Assembly (NCBI GenBank): GCA_023146355.1
Contig: JAGLCH010000223.1
Coordinates: forward strand, 1-47,975
Direction of reading: 5' to 3'
DNA: 47,975 nt
From: Bacteriovoracaceae bacterium
GTDB lineage: Bacteria; Bdellovibrionota; Bacteriovoracia; Bacteriovoracales; Bacteriovoracaceae
In this document: positions 1 to 9,381 of the stretch, piece after piece
How positions within the stretch are numbered: the stretch's first letter is position 1
Layout of the letters: the number at the start of each line of letters is the position of its first letter
Notes under the pieces: generated by a model
What the model saw: only the letters and a program-made list of their open reading frames with translations
Told to the model about the DNA's origin: nothing
Database searches by the model: none
Made by a program: the position numbers and the translations under genes

Positions 1-768
1 CTACCGGGGTGGATGGCGACTTTCTCTGACCTTGTTACGCTTCTTCTTACTTTCTTTGTTCTTCTGCTTTCATTTGCAAAAACCGAAACTGCAAAATATG
101 AAGCAGCTCTTGGATCACTCCGTAATGCTTTTGGTGGTAACGTTCTAAAGCACGGCGAGGTTGTCCAAAGAGGTAAATCAGCTGACAATGCTCCTACTAT
201 TTTGGAGAGTCAGATGATCATTAAGCCTTTCCCAATTGATTTTATGACTATGGAAGGAATCTTAGAGAAAAGAGAGATTAATAGAGAGTCTGATGAAGAG
301 TATGGTCAGATGAAAGATGATCTTAAGGAGTTTTCTCTGGCAGAGTCTGTTCATGTTTACGAGATGCCTGAAGGAATTAAAGTAAAAGTAAAAGATAAGA
401 TCTACTTTAAAAAGAGCAGTACTAAAATTAGTAAGATCTCTATTGAGGTATTTGATCGCATGGTTAAACTTCTCAAAGGGAAGGGGTGGACTATCTTTAT
501 TGAAGGTCATGCTTCGCGAGGAGAGACGGGTAAAGCGAGTGCTGATGCCCTTGAACTTTCTTCTAAGAGATCAATGGAAGTCCAGCGTGCACTTGTCAGA
601 AGAGGTGTAAGGCCTGATAAGATAACAACTGTGTTTTACGGTGATAACCGTCCTGAAAAAATTGAAGGACGCAGCGATGATGAGCTTGCAAAGCTCAGCC
701 AGCGTGTTGAGTTTATTATTAGAAAGACCGACCTTCGCACAGAGGGACATCTTGTTGATCCAATGTAA
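1..768 (+). CDS. motB: MotB/OmpA-family flagellar stator-like protein, 5' end cut by the window edge
   Basis: The frame stays open back to nt 1 (LPGW precedes the listed Met). It has the MotB-type TM segment FSDLVTLLLTFFVLLLSFA and a C-terminal OmpA-like peptidoglycan-binding region (IEGHASRGE...ELSSKRSMEVQRALVRRGV). Confidence 0.7.
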   Translation, partial: LPGWMATFSDLVTLLLTFFVLLLSFAKTETAKYEAALGSLRNAFGGNVLKHGEVVQRGKSADNAPTILESQMIIKPFPIDFMTMEGILEKREINRESDEEYGQMKDDLKEFSLAESVHVYEMPEGIKVKVKDKIYFKKSSTKISKISIEVFDRMVKLLKGKGWTIFIEGHASRGETGKASADALELSSKRSMEVQRALVRRGVRPDKITTVFYGDNRPEKIEGRSDDELAKLSQRVEFIIRKTDLRTEGHLVDPM

Positions 769-1612
769 AAATATTTGTTCCATCGTAGAAAGGAAAACAC
801 TCCTTGAATTTTTAAGAGAGGACCTTCTACTCTCACGTTCAAAAATAAAAAAGTATTTTAATTCTAAGCAACTCTCTCTTCCTGTTTCTAAGGGGAGTGA
901 GTATGCCGTGCCATTGGCGCTTCTCAATATGGGCATGGTTAATCCTATATACTGCGGACCTTCAATCGAAGTACTCTTTGAGGATCAAAATATTTTGGCA
1001 CTTTTAAAGCCTCATTCTGTTCATTGCCATCCCCATGGTTACCTCGAGAGTGATAATACCCTTTCATTTTTGCGATCAATTGGACATACGCAGGTACTTA
1101 GTACCAATACTAAAGGGATGGATCGTGGACTTTTATTTCGCTTAGATAGTGGCACTTCTGGGGTACTTTTATTTGCTAAAAATGATGCAACCTACAATGA
1201 AATTAGGTCTGGATTTGGCTCTGTTGCTAAGTTGAAAACCTATCAGGCGATCGTTTGTGGCAAGGCCTGTGAGAGCGGACGAATTGATTCATTCTTAGTG
1301 GGAACAGGTCGTAAAGGAAGTCAGATGAGAAGTTGTGACTCAACTGATTTAGGGGCGCAGCTTGCTAACCTTAGCTATAAGACCATTCGCTACGATAAAG
1401 AGCAGGACTTATCCCTGGTGCAAATTGAACTCGAAACAGGAGTTCGACACCAAATTCGCGCGCAGTTTTCAATACTCGGCCTGCCTCTTTTGGGTGATAC
1501 GATATACGGGGGAACAGTGAGTGACAGAATTTATCTTCACGCACTTGAATACAAGCTAGAGTCTGAGAGTATTTCTGTAAGTATAAACGCTAGATGGAAT
1601 CCGCTTATTTAA
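752..1612 (+). CDS. RluA-family pseudouridine synthase with an S4-like N-terminus
   Basis: Catalytic motif FRLDSGTSGVLLFAKN (HRLD..TSG type) and the RHQIRAQ motif are present. The start is uncertain: the ORF track opens at GTG 641, which would overlap motB by 128 nt. TTG 752 follows an AGAGGGA Shine-Dalgarno-like element and keeps the S4-like segment LLEFLREDLLLSRSKIKKY. Confidence 0.65.
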   Translation: MLIQCKNICSIVERKTLLEFLREDLLLSRSKIKKYFNSKQLSLPVSKGSEYAVPLALLNMGMVNPIYCGPSIEVLFEDQNILALLKPHSVHCHPHGYLESDNTLSFLRSIGHTQVLSTNTKGMDRGLLFRLDSGTSGVLLFAKNDATYNEIRSGFGSVAKLKTYQAIVCGKACESGRIDSFLVGTGRKGSQMRSCDSTDLGAQLANLSYKTIRYDKEQDLSLVQIELETGVRHQIRAQFSILGLPLLGDTIYGGTVSDRIYLHALEYKLESESISVSINARWNPLI

Positions 1613-2153
1613 ATCCCTTGTGCACAGTCTCTTGAACTTCAACATTGTTGTGAAGGTGCTCTGCAATAATCTTTTTCTTATTATTCAAAATCAGATCACG
1701 CTTTTCATCTTTTTGGGTTATCGCCAGGCCTCTCATTGCCGCTAGATGTTTTCCCTCTGTTCTTGCGGCCATACTCACATATTCTGAATTAAGTTTAACT
1801 ACTACATAATAAGTGCGCTCAAGACTTTCATTAAGAGCATTTGTTGCAATGAACATGAGAGAATTGGCCAGTTTACTATAGATTTCTCTCCGGTAAGTAT
1901 CTAGTGCCTTGTGCTTCATTTGCACCTGGTAATCAATAGTTGCGTAGAGAACATTCTTATCGCAGCTTAAAGACCAATTTTTAGCGGCCCTTTTTTGCAG
2001 CATGACTAAAGTCGATTTACAGCTTGTTGCATGATAGCGCTCTCCAAAATAGCCCTTATCTCTTAAGGTAAAGAGAAATATAATCATCATCAGTATCCCA
2101 ATCATTAAAATGGGATTTCTCATCATCGCACTCCAAATCTTTGGCGCAAACAT
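1605..2153 (-). CDS. Hypothetical membrane-anchored protein
   Basis: 182-aa ORF with a single N-terminal hydrophobic helix (ILMIGILMMIIFLFTL). No recognisable catalytic motif. Its 3' end overlaps the convergent rlu gene by 8 nt. Confidence 0.4.
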   Translation of the reverse strand: MFAPKIWSAMMRNPILMIGILMMIIFLFTLRDKGYFGERYHATSCKSTLVMLQKRAAKNWSLSCDKNVLYATIDYQVQMKHKALDTYRREIYSKLANSLMFIATNALNESLERTYYVVVKLNSEYVSMAARTEGKHLAAMRGLAITQKDEKRDLILNNKKKIIAEHLHNNVEVQETVHKGFK

Positions 2154-2299
2154 AGGGGGCTCCTGTGGATAAAAATGTGAAATATCGGACTGTTATCTCT
2201 ATTATGACAGGAAATGAGGTAAAAATCACTAAAGTTATCAGCGGAATACCCGATAAATATAGTAAGTTATTTAATAATTAACAATCTTAAGGGAACCTT

Positions 2300-3100
2300 A
2301 TGATTAATGAAGCTCTATTATCAGATAATAAATTTTGGAAAACGATTGAGTTTGTAGAAGCTCTTGAGCATCCAATCCTTGTAAGTGATTTGTTTTCAAG
2401 GATTTCTATTGATGATGAGGATCTAGTTTATGTTCTTGAATTTCTAGAGGACTTTAATTTTATAATTGAGACTGATGATAGTGGTAAAAAAGTACTTCAC
2501 CCGCCACAAAATAAAACTAAAATAGTTTATGATTTCTCAGTTACTCAAATGTACATGGTAAGAAAGATTGAGGAGAGTTTTGCCAAGGGGCAATTTGTTA
2601 TTCTCGACTTTTTTGACCTTCGACAGGTGCACTTCCATGTGCACCAGCTACTCTTTTTAGAAGATGATCTCTGTTTAATTGGTGAGGATTCATCTACTGG
2701 GCGCTTAATTTATTATCCAATTTCTGAGATTCAAGATGTAAAAATCGACTGTGTAGGGCAGTACACTGCCCAGTATAGTGAACTAGAAGTGAATGCATTT
2801 TTAAATGCCATCAGGGCAGTAAATGAAAATAAGGTAAGATTAGTTCTCAAAATTGCTAGTGATGCAGAGGATATTAATCCACGTTATCACTATCTCGGTA
2901 GGCCATTTCTAACGAATAATTGGAATGGTGAAAAAATTTGGGCAGCAACTGTTGAAGAGTCAGATTATCTTTACCAGTGGCTGTTGAGTATTAATGAACG
3001 TGTGGAGATTATGGACCCTAGTTCAGTTAAGCGAGGGCTTCTTGAGTACTGCAAAAAACAGTTGGAGGAAGATGACGGGAGCTTGAAAAATATAGCATAA
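2300..3100 (+). CDS. HTH-WYL-WCX-like putative transcriptional regulator
   Basis: Short N-terminal wHTH-like segment. A central beta-rich part has LIYYPISEIQDV where WYL regulators carry the WYL motif. The C-terminal RVEIMDPSSVKRGLLEYCKK resembles the WCX extension of PafBC-like proteins. This is a pattern match only. Confidence 0.4.
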   Translation: MINEALLSDNKFWKTIEFVEALEHPILVSDLFSRISIDDEDLVYVLEFLEDFNFIIETDDSGKKVLHPPQNKTKIVYDFSVTQMYMVRKIEESFAKGQFVILDFFDLRQVHFHVHQLLFLEDDLCLIGEDSSTGRLIYYPISEIQDVKIDCVGQYTAQYSELEVNAFLNAIRAVNENKVRLVLKIASDAEDINPRYHYLGRPFLTNNWNGEKIWAATVEESDYLYQWLLSINERVEIMDPSSVKRGLLEYCKKQLEEDDGSLKNIA

Positions 3101-3117
3101 GGGGTTATTCCTATAGT

Positions 3118-3741
3118 ATGAAGAATTTTTCGAAGAGCTTTTTTATTCTTTCTTTTCTTCCGGCCTTTGGTTACTGGTATCTGGAAGAGAGTTATTCAAT
3201 TAAAATCGCACTGATTGGTGGTTTAATTCTTGCTTCTTTTGAGCTGCTCTTAGAGTGGCTCTTTACTCGTAAGCTACACTCCCTTTCAAAATTTAATTTC
3301 TTTATTATCCTTTTTCTCGGATCCATTGCTTTCATTGGTGATCAGGGGATCTGGTTTAAGCTTCAGCCTGCAATCTCAGGTATCGCAATTTCTATCTTTT
3401 TGGTATTTAAGCTATTAACTGGTGAAGGACTGATGGTAGAGATGCTTAAGTCACTTAACTCCAGAAAAATCCCGCCAAAGTGGATCATTAGAACTTTAGA
3501 GATGCACCTTGCAATCTTTTTCTTCTTATACAGCACTTTTATGGGTGGGGTGGCCTTCTGGGGAACAACTTCAAGTTGGCTGTTCTTTAAAACAATTGGA
3601 ATGTATTTGGTTTTCGTGATTTTCTTTATCTTTGAGCTAATTTATATCAAAATACTAATTAGAAGATTGGATAAAAGGGCAACTCAAATCTCAGTACTCA
3701 GATCGATGACTGGGGAGATGGACCTTACGGAGGAGATCTAA
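3118..3741 (+). CDS. Polytopic inner-membrane protein, IspZ/YciB (septation protein A)-like
   Basis: Five or six hydrophobic helices. Size and spacing resemble YciB, with FKLQPAISG and WLFFKTIG segments in the positions of the YciB K/W-rich loops. Confidence 0.45.
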   Translation: MKNFSKSFFILSFLPAFGYWYLEESYSIKIALIGGLILASFELLLEWLFTRKLHSLSKFNFFIILFLGSIAFIGDQGIWFKLQPAISGIAISIFLVFKLLTGEGLMVEMLKSLNSRKIPPKWIIRTLEMHLAIFFFLYSTFMGGVAFWGTTSSWLFFKTIGMYLVFVIFFIFELIYIKILIRRLDKRATQISVLRSMTGEMDLTEEI

Positions 3742-3932
3742 TGGCAAATGATACCAAAAACAAAAGAAAATTGGCACGTGACAAGAAGAAAAAGCAAGAC
3801 CGTCACTACAAGGTTACTAAAAAGACAGAAGGTATGAGTGACACGCAAGTAAAAAATGGTCGCTGGCTTCTCTATCTACTAGGGCTTATGGTTGTGGCCT
3901 CATGTGGTCTCGTATTCTGGAATATGAGATAA
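3741..3932 (+). CDS. Small, highly basic, C-terminally membrane-anchored protein
   Basis: 63 aa. The start overlaps the upstream stop (TAATG). The N-terminus is Lys/Arg-rich and there is one C-terminal TM (WLLYLLGLMVVASCGLVFW). Confidence 0.4.
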   Translation: MANDTKNKRKLARDKKKKQDRHYKVTKKTEGMSDTQVKNGRWLLYLLGLMVVASCGLVFWNMR

Positions 3933-4029
3933 TTAAACCGCTTCTAGTGGTAGATACTTGGCCTACACTCATCCGAGCTTTAGTGGGCCTAGTATTTTAC
4001 TCAATATTCAAGGCAAACAGATTATTATA

Positions 4030-4806
4030 TTAAGCTGCAATTCCAAGAGTGGCGCAGAAGATCCACAGTAAAAATGCTGTAAATAGTGGGATTGTCAGAT
4101 TGTCGTCGAGTTTTAATGGAATCATTTCAAAGCAGGTTCCAATAAAGGCAACTCCAAATGCTGTGACCCACATTTCCCAACCAGTGATTCCATGCAGGCT
4201 AAATATTATGAAAATTGAAAGAAATGTAGTTATGAAAAAGGCCGCAGAACCTTCAATTGTTTTATGTTCAACTATGCGATGTTTTCCAAAACGGATTCCG
4301 ATGATTGCGGAGAGAGGGTCAGCAAACGCAAGAGTATAGATCGCGCTGATGGCGATTATCTTGGGAAAGGTGATAATGGTCAGAAGGTTGGCCATGATAT
4401 AGGGAACAGCAGCTGATTCTTTAAGTTGTTCTTCTGCCCTCAGAAGATACTTCGAGAACCTTTCAAACTTTTTAATACGTTCAGGATAGGCAATACGAAC
4501 TTGATCAAGAAGGTATAGTACACTGGCAATGGTTCCGCAGAAGTAAACAATTTGTTGGTGACTAAAGGTTATGCCATAGGCAGTAGCAATGATGAATCCA
4601 TTTGCCATATGAAAAAGACGTCTTGAAATCTGAAGATCTTTTCTAGTGGCCTTGACTTTTGTTTCATCGGCCAAAGTTTCATTTTCTGAATCGTTTAAAA
4701 ATGAAGAAGAGGCGTCTGAAGACTCCTCTTCTTTTATTTTTGAAATATCATCAGTATTCATTTCTTTTGCGTCTTGTTTATCTGTAGATGTACTTTTCAG
4801 TTCCAT
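4030..4806 (-). CDS. CTP-dependent polyprenol/phytol kinase or CdsA-family membrane protein with an acidic N-terminal extension
   Basis: Polytopic. The C-terminal signature ADPLSAIIGIRFGKHRI..HKTIEGSAAFF matches the D..A..G...G...KT.EG motif of the cytidylyltransferase / dolichol kinase family. Confidence 0.55.
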   Translation of the reverse strand: MELKSTSTDKQDAKEMNTDDISKIKEEESSDASSSFLNDSENETLADETKVKATRKDLQISRRLFHMANGFIIATAYGITFSHQQIVYFCGTIASVLYLLDQVRIAYPERIKKFERFSKYLLRAEEQLKESAAVPYIMANLLTIITFPKIIAISAIYTLAFADPLSAIIGIRFGKHRIVEHKTIEGSAAFFITTFLSIFIIFSLHGITGWEMWVTAFGVAFIGTCFEMIPLKLDDNLTIPLFTAFLLWIFCATLGIAA

Positions 4807-4821
4807 TCAATATCCGCAATA

Positions 4822-5817
4822 TTAGAAGCGGAACAAGACCGCCCCTGTGGTTACTCCAGCGCCAAAAGCGTCGAGCATTACAGTTTGTCCCCGCTTGATT
4901 CTTCCATCTCGTATGGCCTCATCTATTGCAATTGGGATTGTTGCTGAAGAGTTGTTTCCATACTTGTTTACAGTTACCACACACTTGCCATCTTGTAACC
5001 TTAACTTTTTTGCAATGTATTCGATGATTCTTATGTTTGCCTGGTGAGGAATATACCAGTCAACGTCGTTGGGTTCCATTTTTGATTGATCTAGCAATTT
5101 CATGGCATTGCCGATCATTGTGCGCGTAGCATATTTAAAAACGGTCCTTCCTTCCATCTGGATAAAGTTGTTTTTAGCATCAATATCTTCGTGAGTAAGA
5201 GGTGAACTTGAGCCACCAGTTTCGATCTTTAGGTATTCCGTTCCGCTGCCATCACAACCTAGAGTTGCTCCCAATACTTCACTAGTTTCATTTTCATCTG
5301 CACGGCCGAGGACTACTGCTCCAGCTCCATCTCCAAATAGGATACAGGTGCCACGGTCACTCCAGTCAACTATTGAGGAGAGGACTTCGGCCCCAACAAC
5401 TAATATGTTTTTGTATGTCCCTGTCTTTATGAAATTATCGGCGATGGTCATGCCGTAAACAAATCCGGAACAAGCTGCCCCCAAGTCAAAACAGGCGCAC
5501 TCATTTTCTATTCCCAGTTTCCGCTGAAGTTCTGCTGAGGCGTGGGGAAGGCGACGGTCTGGAGTACAGGTGCCAAATACTATCATCTCTATATCTTTGG
5601 CCTCAACACCGGCCATATCCATTGCTTTTTTACAAGCTATTGCCGCCATGTCAGAGTTGCTCTCACCGTTTTTAGTATCTGCAATATATCTTGTTTCGAT
5701 TCCAGTTCTCTCTAGAATCCACTCGCTTGAGGTTTCTACTATTTTGGAAAGATCTTCGTTGGTCATGATCTTCTTTGGAAGGTAGGATCCAGTTCCTGTT
5801 ATTTTTGACTTATACAT
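4822..5817 (-). CDS. fabH: 3-oxoacyl-ACP synthase III
   Basis: 331 aa. Active-site context GAACSGFVYG, the HQANIRI and GNNSSATIP motifs, and the typical N-terminus ITGTGSYLP. AGAGAGG RBS. Confidence 0.9.
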   Translation of the reverse strand: MYKSKITGTGSYLPKKIMTNEDLSKIVETSSEWILERTGIETRYIADTKNGESNSDMAAIACKKAMDMAGVEAKDIEMIVFGTCTPDRRLPHASAELQRKLGIENECACFDLGAACSGFVYGMTIADNFIKTGTYKNILVVGAEVLSSIVDWSDRGTCILFGDGAGAVVLGRADENETSEVLGATLGCDGSGTEYLKIETGGSSSPLTHEDIDAKNNFIQMEGRTVFKYATRTMIGNAMKLLDQSKMEPNDVDWYIPHQANIRIIEYIAKKLRLQDGKCVVTVNKYGNNSSATIPIAIDEAIRDGRIKRGQTVMLDAFGAGVTTGAVLFRF

Positions 5818-5914
5818 GTGTGCCTCTCTTTATCATTAATATAATAATAAAATTCTACGACTTATAGATATCAGTTGGATACCCTCATCCGGTGACACAA
5901 TGGTGAAATGATTG

Positions 5915-6211
5915 CTATTTTTTTAGAAACTTTTCTAGGTCATTCACTGTGAAGCATTCCATTATTTGTTCACCGTACTTCTTCTTTAGGATATTTTGAT
6001 CTTCAAAGCGCACAAGGTCAACAAGAGCTTTCTCACACAGTTTCTTTGTATAGTGTAGTTTTAGTTTCAAACAGTGTTTTTTATATTTGTTAATCGCCTG
6101 AGGAAGTCCACGAAAGCTATGCATTGAAAGTACTTCACATTCTTTTGAGGTTGGGGGAGCTTGAGTACACCCCCATATTAAGGTCAAAAGCAAAAGAACA
6201 ACAGGCCTCAT
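5915..6211 (-). CDS. Small secreted protein, possible lipoprotein
   Basis: Signal peptide MRPVVLLLLTLIWGC with an imperfect lipobox. The ATG overlaps the upstream stop (TAATG), so it is probably co-translated with the 6211-7155 gene. Confidence 0.45.
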   Translation of the reverse strand: MRPVVLLLLTLIWGCTQAPPTSKECEVLSMHSFRGLPQAINKYKKHCLKLKLHYTKKLCEKALVDLVRFEDQNILKKKYGEQIMECFTVNDLEKFLKK

Positions 6212-7155
6212 TACATTAGGCCCTCTTCTTTTAGAACCTTTTTAAGTATATTAATACTTTCTAGGGCAAAGTTTCCAAGCTCATCAATCTGAACTTCTTT
6301 AAACGCATCCTTTGGGGATAGCTCTCCCACAGTAACTCTGTGGTCGTAGCGGTTTACCAGGCATAGGATTTCTTCAGAGGAAGTGAGCTTACTCTTTTTG
6401 TTGGCACCAGTGCCCTGGAGATTTTCCTCACTATTCATGACTAAATTAATAATTTCAGCAGTGATGTACTCCTTGTCTTGAAGGAGCATGGCCGATTCTT
6501 TTGCATTCGTGAGGTACTTAAGCTTCTCATCTGGAGTTAGGTCCTCTCGACGTTTAAAAAACAGCTCTTTAATATCACCAAGTCGTGGAAGGGCGATATA
6601 CTGAACTAGCGCCGCTACAGCAATACTTTCTATTTCATTTTCTTTTAGATTAAATTTTGCTGCAAGCTTTGTGGAGAGAGCACTTACGTTGAGGGAGTGC
6701 TTAATTATTTTCTCGTCTTTCTCATCGGTTTTTCTGTCAAAGATCATTTTAAGAGCATCTGGGTTGTTTCGAACTAGACTGACTAAAGTTGTTGCTGCCT
6801 TCTCTGTCATTTTAAAAGCAACTTTACTATTGGGGTCATCCTGCATCTTTTCAACAGCAGTTGCAGTCGCGCCTTCAGCCATATCAACTTTAGATTCAGT
6901 TGCAACATTGGGATCATCCATTGTTTCAGCGAGAACTTCATCAAGATATTCTTGGTATAGCACTTCAGCGTCTGCTTGAATGTGAAACTTGGCCACACGC
7001 TGCTTTTTTAGTTTAAGTAATAATTCATCTTCGACAGTCTTTCCCGTTTCTTTGTAGCAGATGTATGTATCTCTAAAAAAAATGTAGAGGTTAAACGGTA
7101 ATAGCTTTTGTGGCTTAATTGTTGAAATTCTAACTGGAGAGTATGACATGCTCAT
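6211..7155 (-). CDS. HD-GYP-like domain protein with degenerate HD and GYP motifs
   Basis: The helical C-terminal half aligns by eye with HD-GYP (HSLNVSALSTKLAAKFNL...), but the HD(I/V)GK position reads QYIALPRLG and the HHE..DGSGYP position reads NSEENLQGTG. The N-terminus resembles the beta-rich domain often found in front of HD-GYP. Confidence 0.4.
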   Translation of the reverse strand: MSMSYSPVRISTIKPQKLLPFNLYIFFRDTYICYKETGKTVEDELLLKLKKQRVAKFHIQADAEVLYQEYLDEVLAETMDDPNVATESKVDMAEGATATAVEKMQDDPNSKVAFKMTEKAATTLVSLVRNNPDALKMIFDRKTDEKDEKIIKHSLNVSALSTKLAAKFNLKENEIESIAVAALVQYIALPRLGDIKELFFKRREDLTPDEKLKYLTNAKESAMLLQDKEYITAEIINLVMNSEENLQGTGANKKSKLTSSEEILCLVNRYDHRVTVGELSPKDAFKEVQIDELGNFALESINILKKVLKEEGLM

Positions 7156-7293
7156 TCCTTTTAATGCTTATTGTTCACTGTGATTATATCCTTATCGTGA
7201 GAAATCGATTTCATTTTTACACTTTTTTTGATTAAATTTTTTTTAATAATTTACCTTAGACTGAGTTAGTCAGTCTCTTGCTTTGGAGCATAA

Positions 7294-7935
7294 ATGAAAC
7301 TCAGCTATTATTTTGATTTCCAGTCCCCTTATTCTTATCTTTCATGGCAGTGGGTAAAAAAGGAAATCGCCCGAGGAGAGCACCAAATCGAGCTTATTCC
7401 TGTTGTGTTGGGGCAAGTGATTAAGCATCATGATACAAAAGGACCGGCGGAGATCCCCGCAAAGAGAGATTATCTTTTTAAGGATTGTCTCCGCTACTCA
7501 ACAAAAAACGGTATAAAATTCTGCACACCTAAACAATTGCCATTTAATTCTCTGTATGCTTTAAGAATGGCCCTTGCATCGGTAGCGGAAAAAAACCAAG
7601 TTTTAGTCATCGATTCTATCTATAATGCCGGATGGGGGGAGGGGAAAGATATCGGTTCCCCTGAGGTTTTAACCGAAATTCTTTGTGGTGTGGGGCTTGA
7701 TGGAGATTGGTTTCTCGAACAGACAACTTCAAAGGGAGCGAGAGTCGAGCTTAAGGTTAATGTTAGGGATGCCATTGGACGTGGTCTATTTGGACTTCCA
7801 AGTTTTTTATGCCATGATGAGCTTTTTTGGGGTAATGATTCTATTCCCAGTTTAGAAGAATTTCTGAAGGGAAATGATTGTTATAATAAAGATACCTTTG
7901 AAAAATTTGTAGATACTTTTAAGGAGTTGAAATAA
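7294..7935 (+). CDS. 2-hydroxychromene-2-carboxylate isomerase / DsbA-like thioredoxin-fold protein
   Basis: N-terminal YFDFQSPYSYLS signature of the HCCA-isomerase/DsbA-like family, and a C-terminal GLPSF...ELFWGNDS motif. Confidence 0.7.
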   Translation: MKLSYYFDFQSPYSYLSWQWVKKEIARGEHQIELIPVVLGQVIKHHDTKGPAEIPAKRDYLFKDCLRYSTKNGIKFCTPKQLPFNSLYALRMALASVAEKNQVLVIDSIYNAGWGEGKDIGSPEVLTEILCGVGLDGDWFLEQTTSKGARVELKVNVRDAIGRGLFGLPSFLCHDELFWGNDSIPSLEEFLKGNDCYNKDTFEKFVDTFKELK

Positions 7936-8486
7936 TGAAAAAAATTATATTAATACTTGTGCTTGCAGGCCTATCGGTTGCTGCTATCTCAGCAAATCCA
8001 GTTGTTGAAATGAAGACCACGATGGGAAATATAGAGGTTGAACTCTTGAAAAAAGATGCACCAATCTCCGTAAAGAACTTTTTAAAATATGTTGAAGCAA
8101 AAAAATATGATGGGACCGTTTTTCACCGTGTCATCAGCAACTTTATGATTCAGGGGGGAGGCTTTACGACTTCAATGGATAAAGTTAGTGGCTTTGCTCC
8201 TATTAAAAATGAAGCAAAAAATGGGATCTCAAATACAGAGGGAACACTTGCAATGGCACGTACTAATGACGTTAACAGCGCGACCAACCAATTCTTCATC
8301 AATGTAAAAGATAATAATTTCCTCAATCACAGTGGTCAGAATTATGGCTATGCCGTTTTTGGACGAATAGTGAAAGGGATGTCGACAGTTAATAGAATAA
8401 AAAAAGTTAGGACTGGCAGCAAGGGTGGATACCAAAATGTACCGTTACTACCAGTAGTTATTAATAGCATTCGAGTAAAAAAGTAA
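7935..8486 (+). CDS. ppiA: Periplasmic cyclophilin-type peptidyl-prolyl isomerase
   Basis: Signal peptide, then FHRVISNFMIQGGGF, GTLAMART and SATNQFFIN, which are classic cyclophilin motifs. Confidence 0.85.
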   Translation: MKKIILILVLAGLSVAAISANPVVEMKTTMGNIEVELLKKDAPISVKNFLKYVEAKKYDGTVFHRVISNFMIQGGGFTTSMDKVSGFAPIKNEAKNGISNTEGTLAMARTNDVNSATNQFFINVKDNNFLNHSGQNYGYAVFGRIVKGMSTVNRIKKVRTGSKGGYQNVPLLPVVINSIRVKK

Positions 8487-8504
8487 CTCGATAAAAGAGG
8501 GTAT

Positions 8505-9026
8505 ATGAAAGTAGAAAAAAACAGTGTTGTAAGTATTGAATACACACTTACTGATAGCGAAGGAAATGTACTTGATACTTCAGTTGGGCATGAGCCTCTT
8601 CAGTACGTTCAAGGCGTTGGCGCAATCATTCCTGGCCTTGAAAGAGAAATGAAAGATAAAGTCGTGGGCGACAAGTTCAAAACTGTTATCGCGCCAGTAG
8701 ATGGTTATGGGGAGCGTAACGACTCAATGATTCAAGAACTTCCTAGGACGCAGTTTGGTGAGCAAGAAGTTGCAATTGGTCAGCAGTTTCAGGTTATGAC
8801 CGGGCAAGGTGCTCACAATCTTACAGTAATGGAAATCAAAGATGACGTTGTTATCGTTGATGGAAATCACCCTATGGCAGGAATCACTCTTAATTTTGAT
8901 ATCGAAGTTAAAGAAGTACGTGTTGCCACTGAAGAGGAGCTTAAGCCATTCGCAAGTGACGATGGTGGTGGCTGTGGAAGTGATTCCGGTGGATGTGGGG
9001 GCTGTGGCGGAGGATGTCACTCTTAA
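8505..9026 (+). CDS. slyD: FKBP-type PPIase SlyD with a Cys/Gly-rich C-terminal tail
   Basis: VVSIEYTLTD...GNVLDTS start, IF-domain insertion, HPMAGITLNFDIEV, and the tail DDGGGCGSDSGGCGGCGGGCHS. Confidence 0.85.
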   Translation: MKVEKNSVVSIEYTLTDSEGNVLDTSVGHEPLQYVQGVGAIIPGLEREMKDKVVGDKFKTVIAPVDGYGERNDSMIQELPRTQFGEQEVAIGQQFQVMTGQGAHNLTVMEIKDDVVIVDGNHPMAGITLNFDIEVKEVRVATEEELKPFASDDGGGCGSDSGGCGGCGGGCHS

Positions 9027-9036
9027 TCGGTCTAGC

Positions 9037-9381
9037 ATGAATAAGCATGAACAAGCTGAAATTAAAGAAGCAATAAAAAAAGAAATTTGTCAGATATTAG
9101 AGGATATAGTGGGTCTCAAGGAAAACTCGAGACCCATTCCTCCTGACAATGCAATTGGTCGACTCACTCGTATGGAGGCCATCAATGAAAAATCGATTGT
9201 TGAAGCAAATCTAAGAAAAACAAAATTACGATTAGAGCGACTTAATGCCGCTCTTGACCGCGTTGATACTGAAAGTTTTGGCGAGTGTGTTATATGCGAA
9301 GGACCCATACCTATGAATAGGCTGCGAGTACTTCCTGAAAGCACAGTATGTGTGGATTGTTTAAACAATTCAGACGATTAG
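9037..9381 (+). CDS. DksA/TraR-family C4 zinc-finger protein
   Basis: Coiled-coil N-terminus plus CVICEGPIPMNRLRVLPESTVCVDC (CxxC-x17-CxxC). The listed ORF start at 8842 lies inside slyD, so the in-frame ATG at 9037 just after the slyD stop is preferred. Confidence 0.75.
   Translation: MNKHEQAEIKEAIKKEICQILEDIVGLKENSRPIPPDNAIGRLTRMEAINEKSIVEANLRKTKLRLERLNAALDRVDTESFGECVICEGPIPMNRLRVLPESTVCVDCLNNSDD

Noticed and set aside
641-751. Upstream GTG/ATG starts for the pseudouridine synthase, overlapping motB by up to 128 nt
   Set aside because: An overlap this long is unlikely. TTG 752 has a Shine-Dalgarno-like AGAGGGA and still keeps the S4-like segment. The true start remains uncertain.
8842-9036. 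N-terminal extension of the DksA/TraR-like ORF overlapping the slyD 3' end
   Set aside because: The extension is an alternate-frame read of the slyD coding region. The recognisable coiled-coil plus zinc-finger protein begins at ATG 9037, right after the slyD stop.
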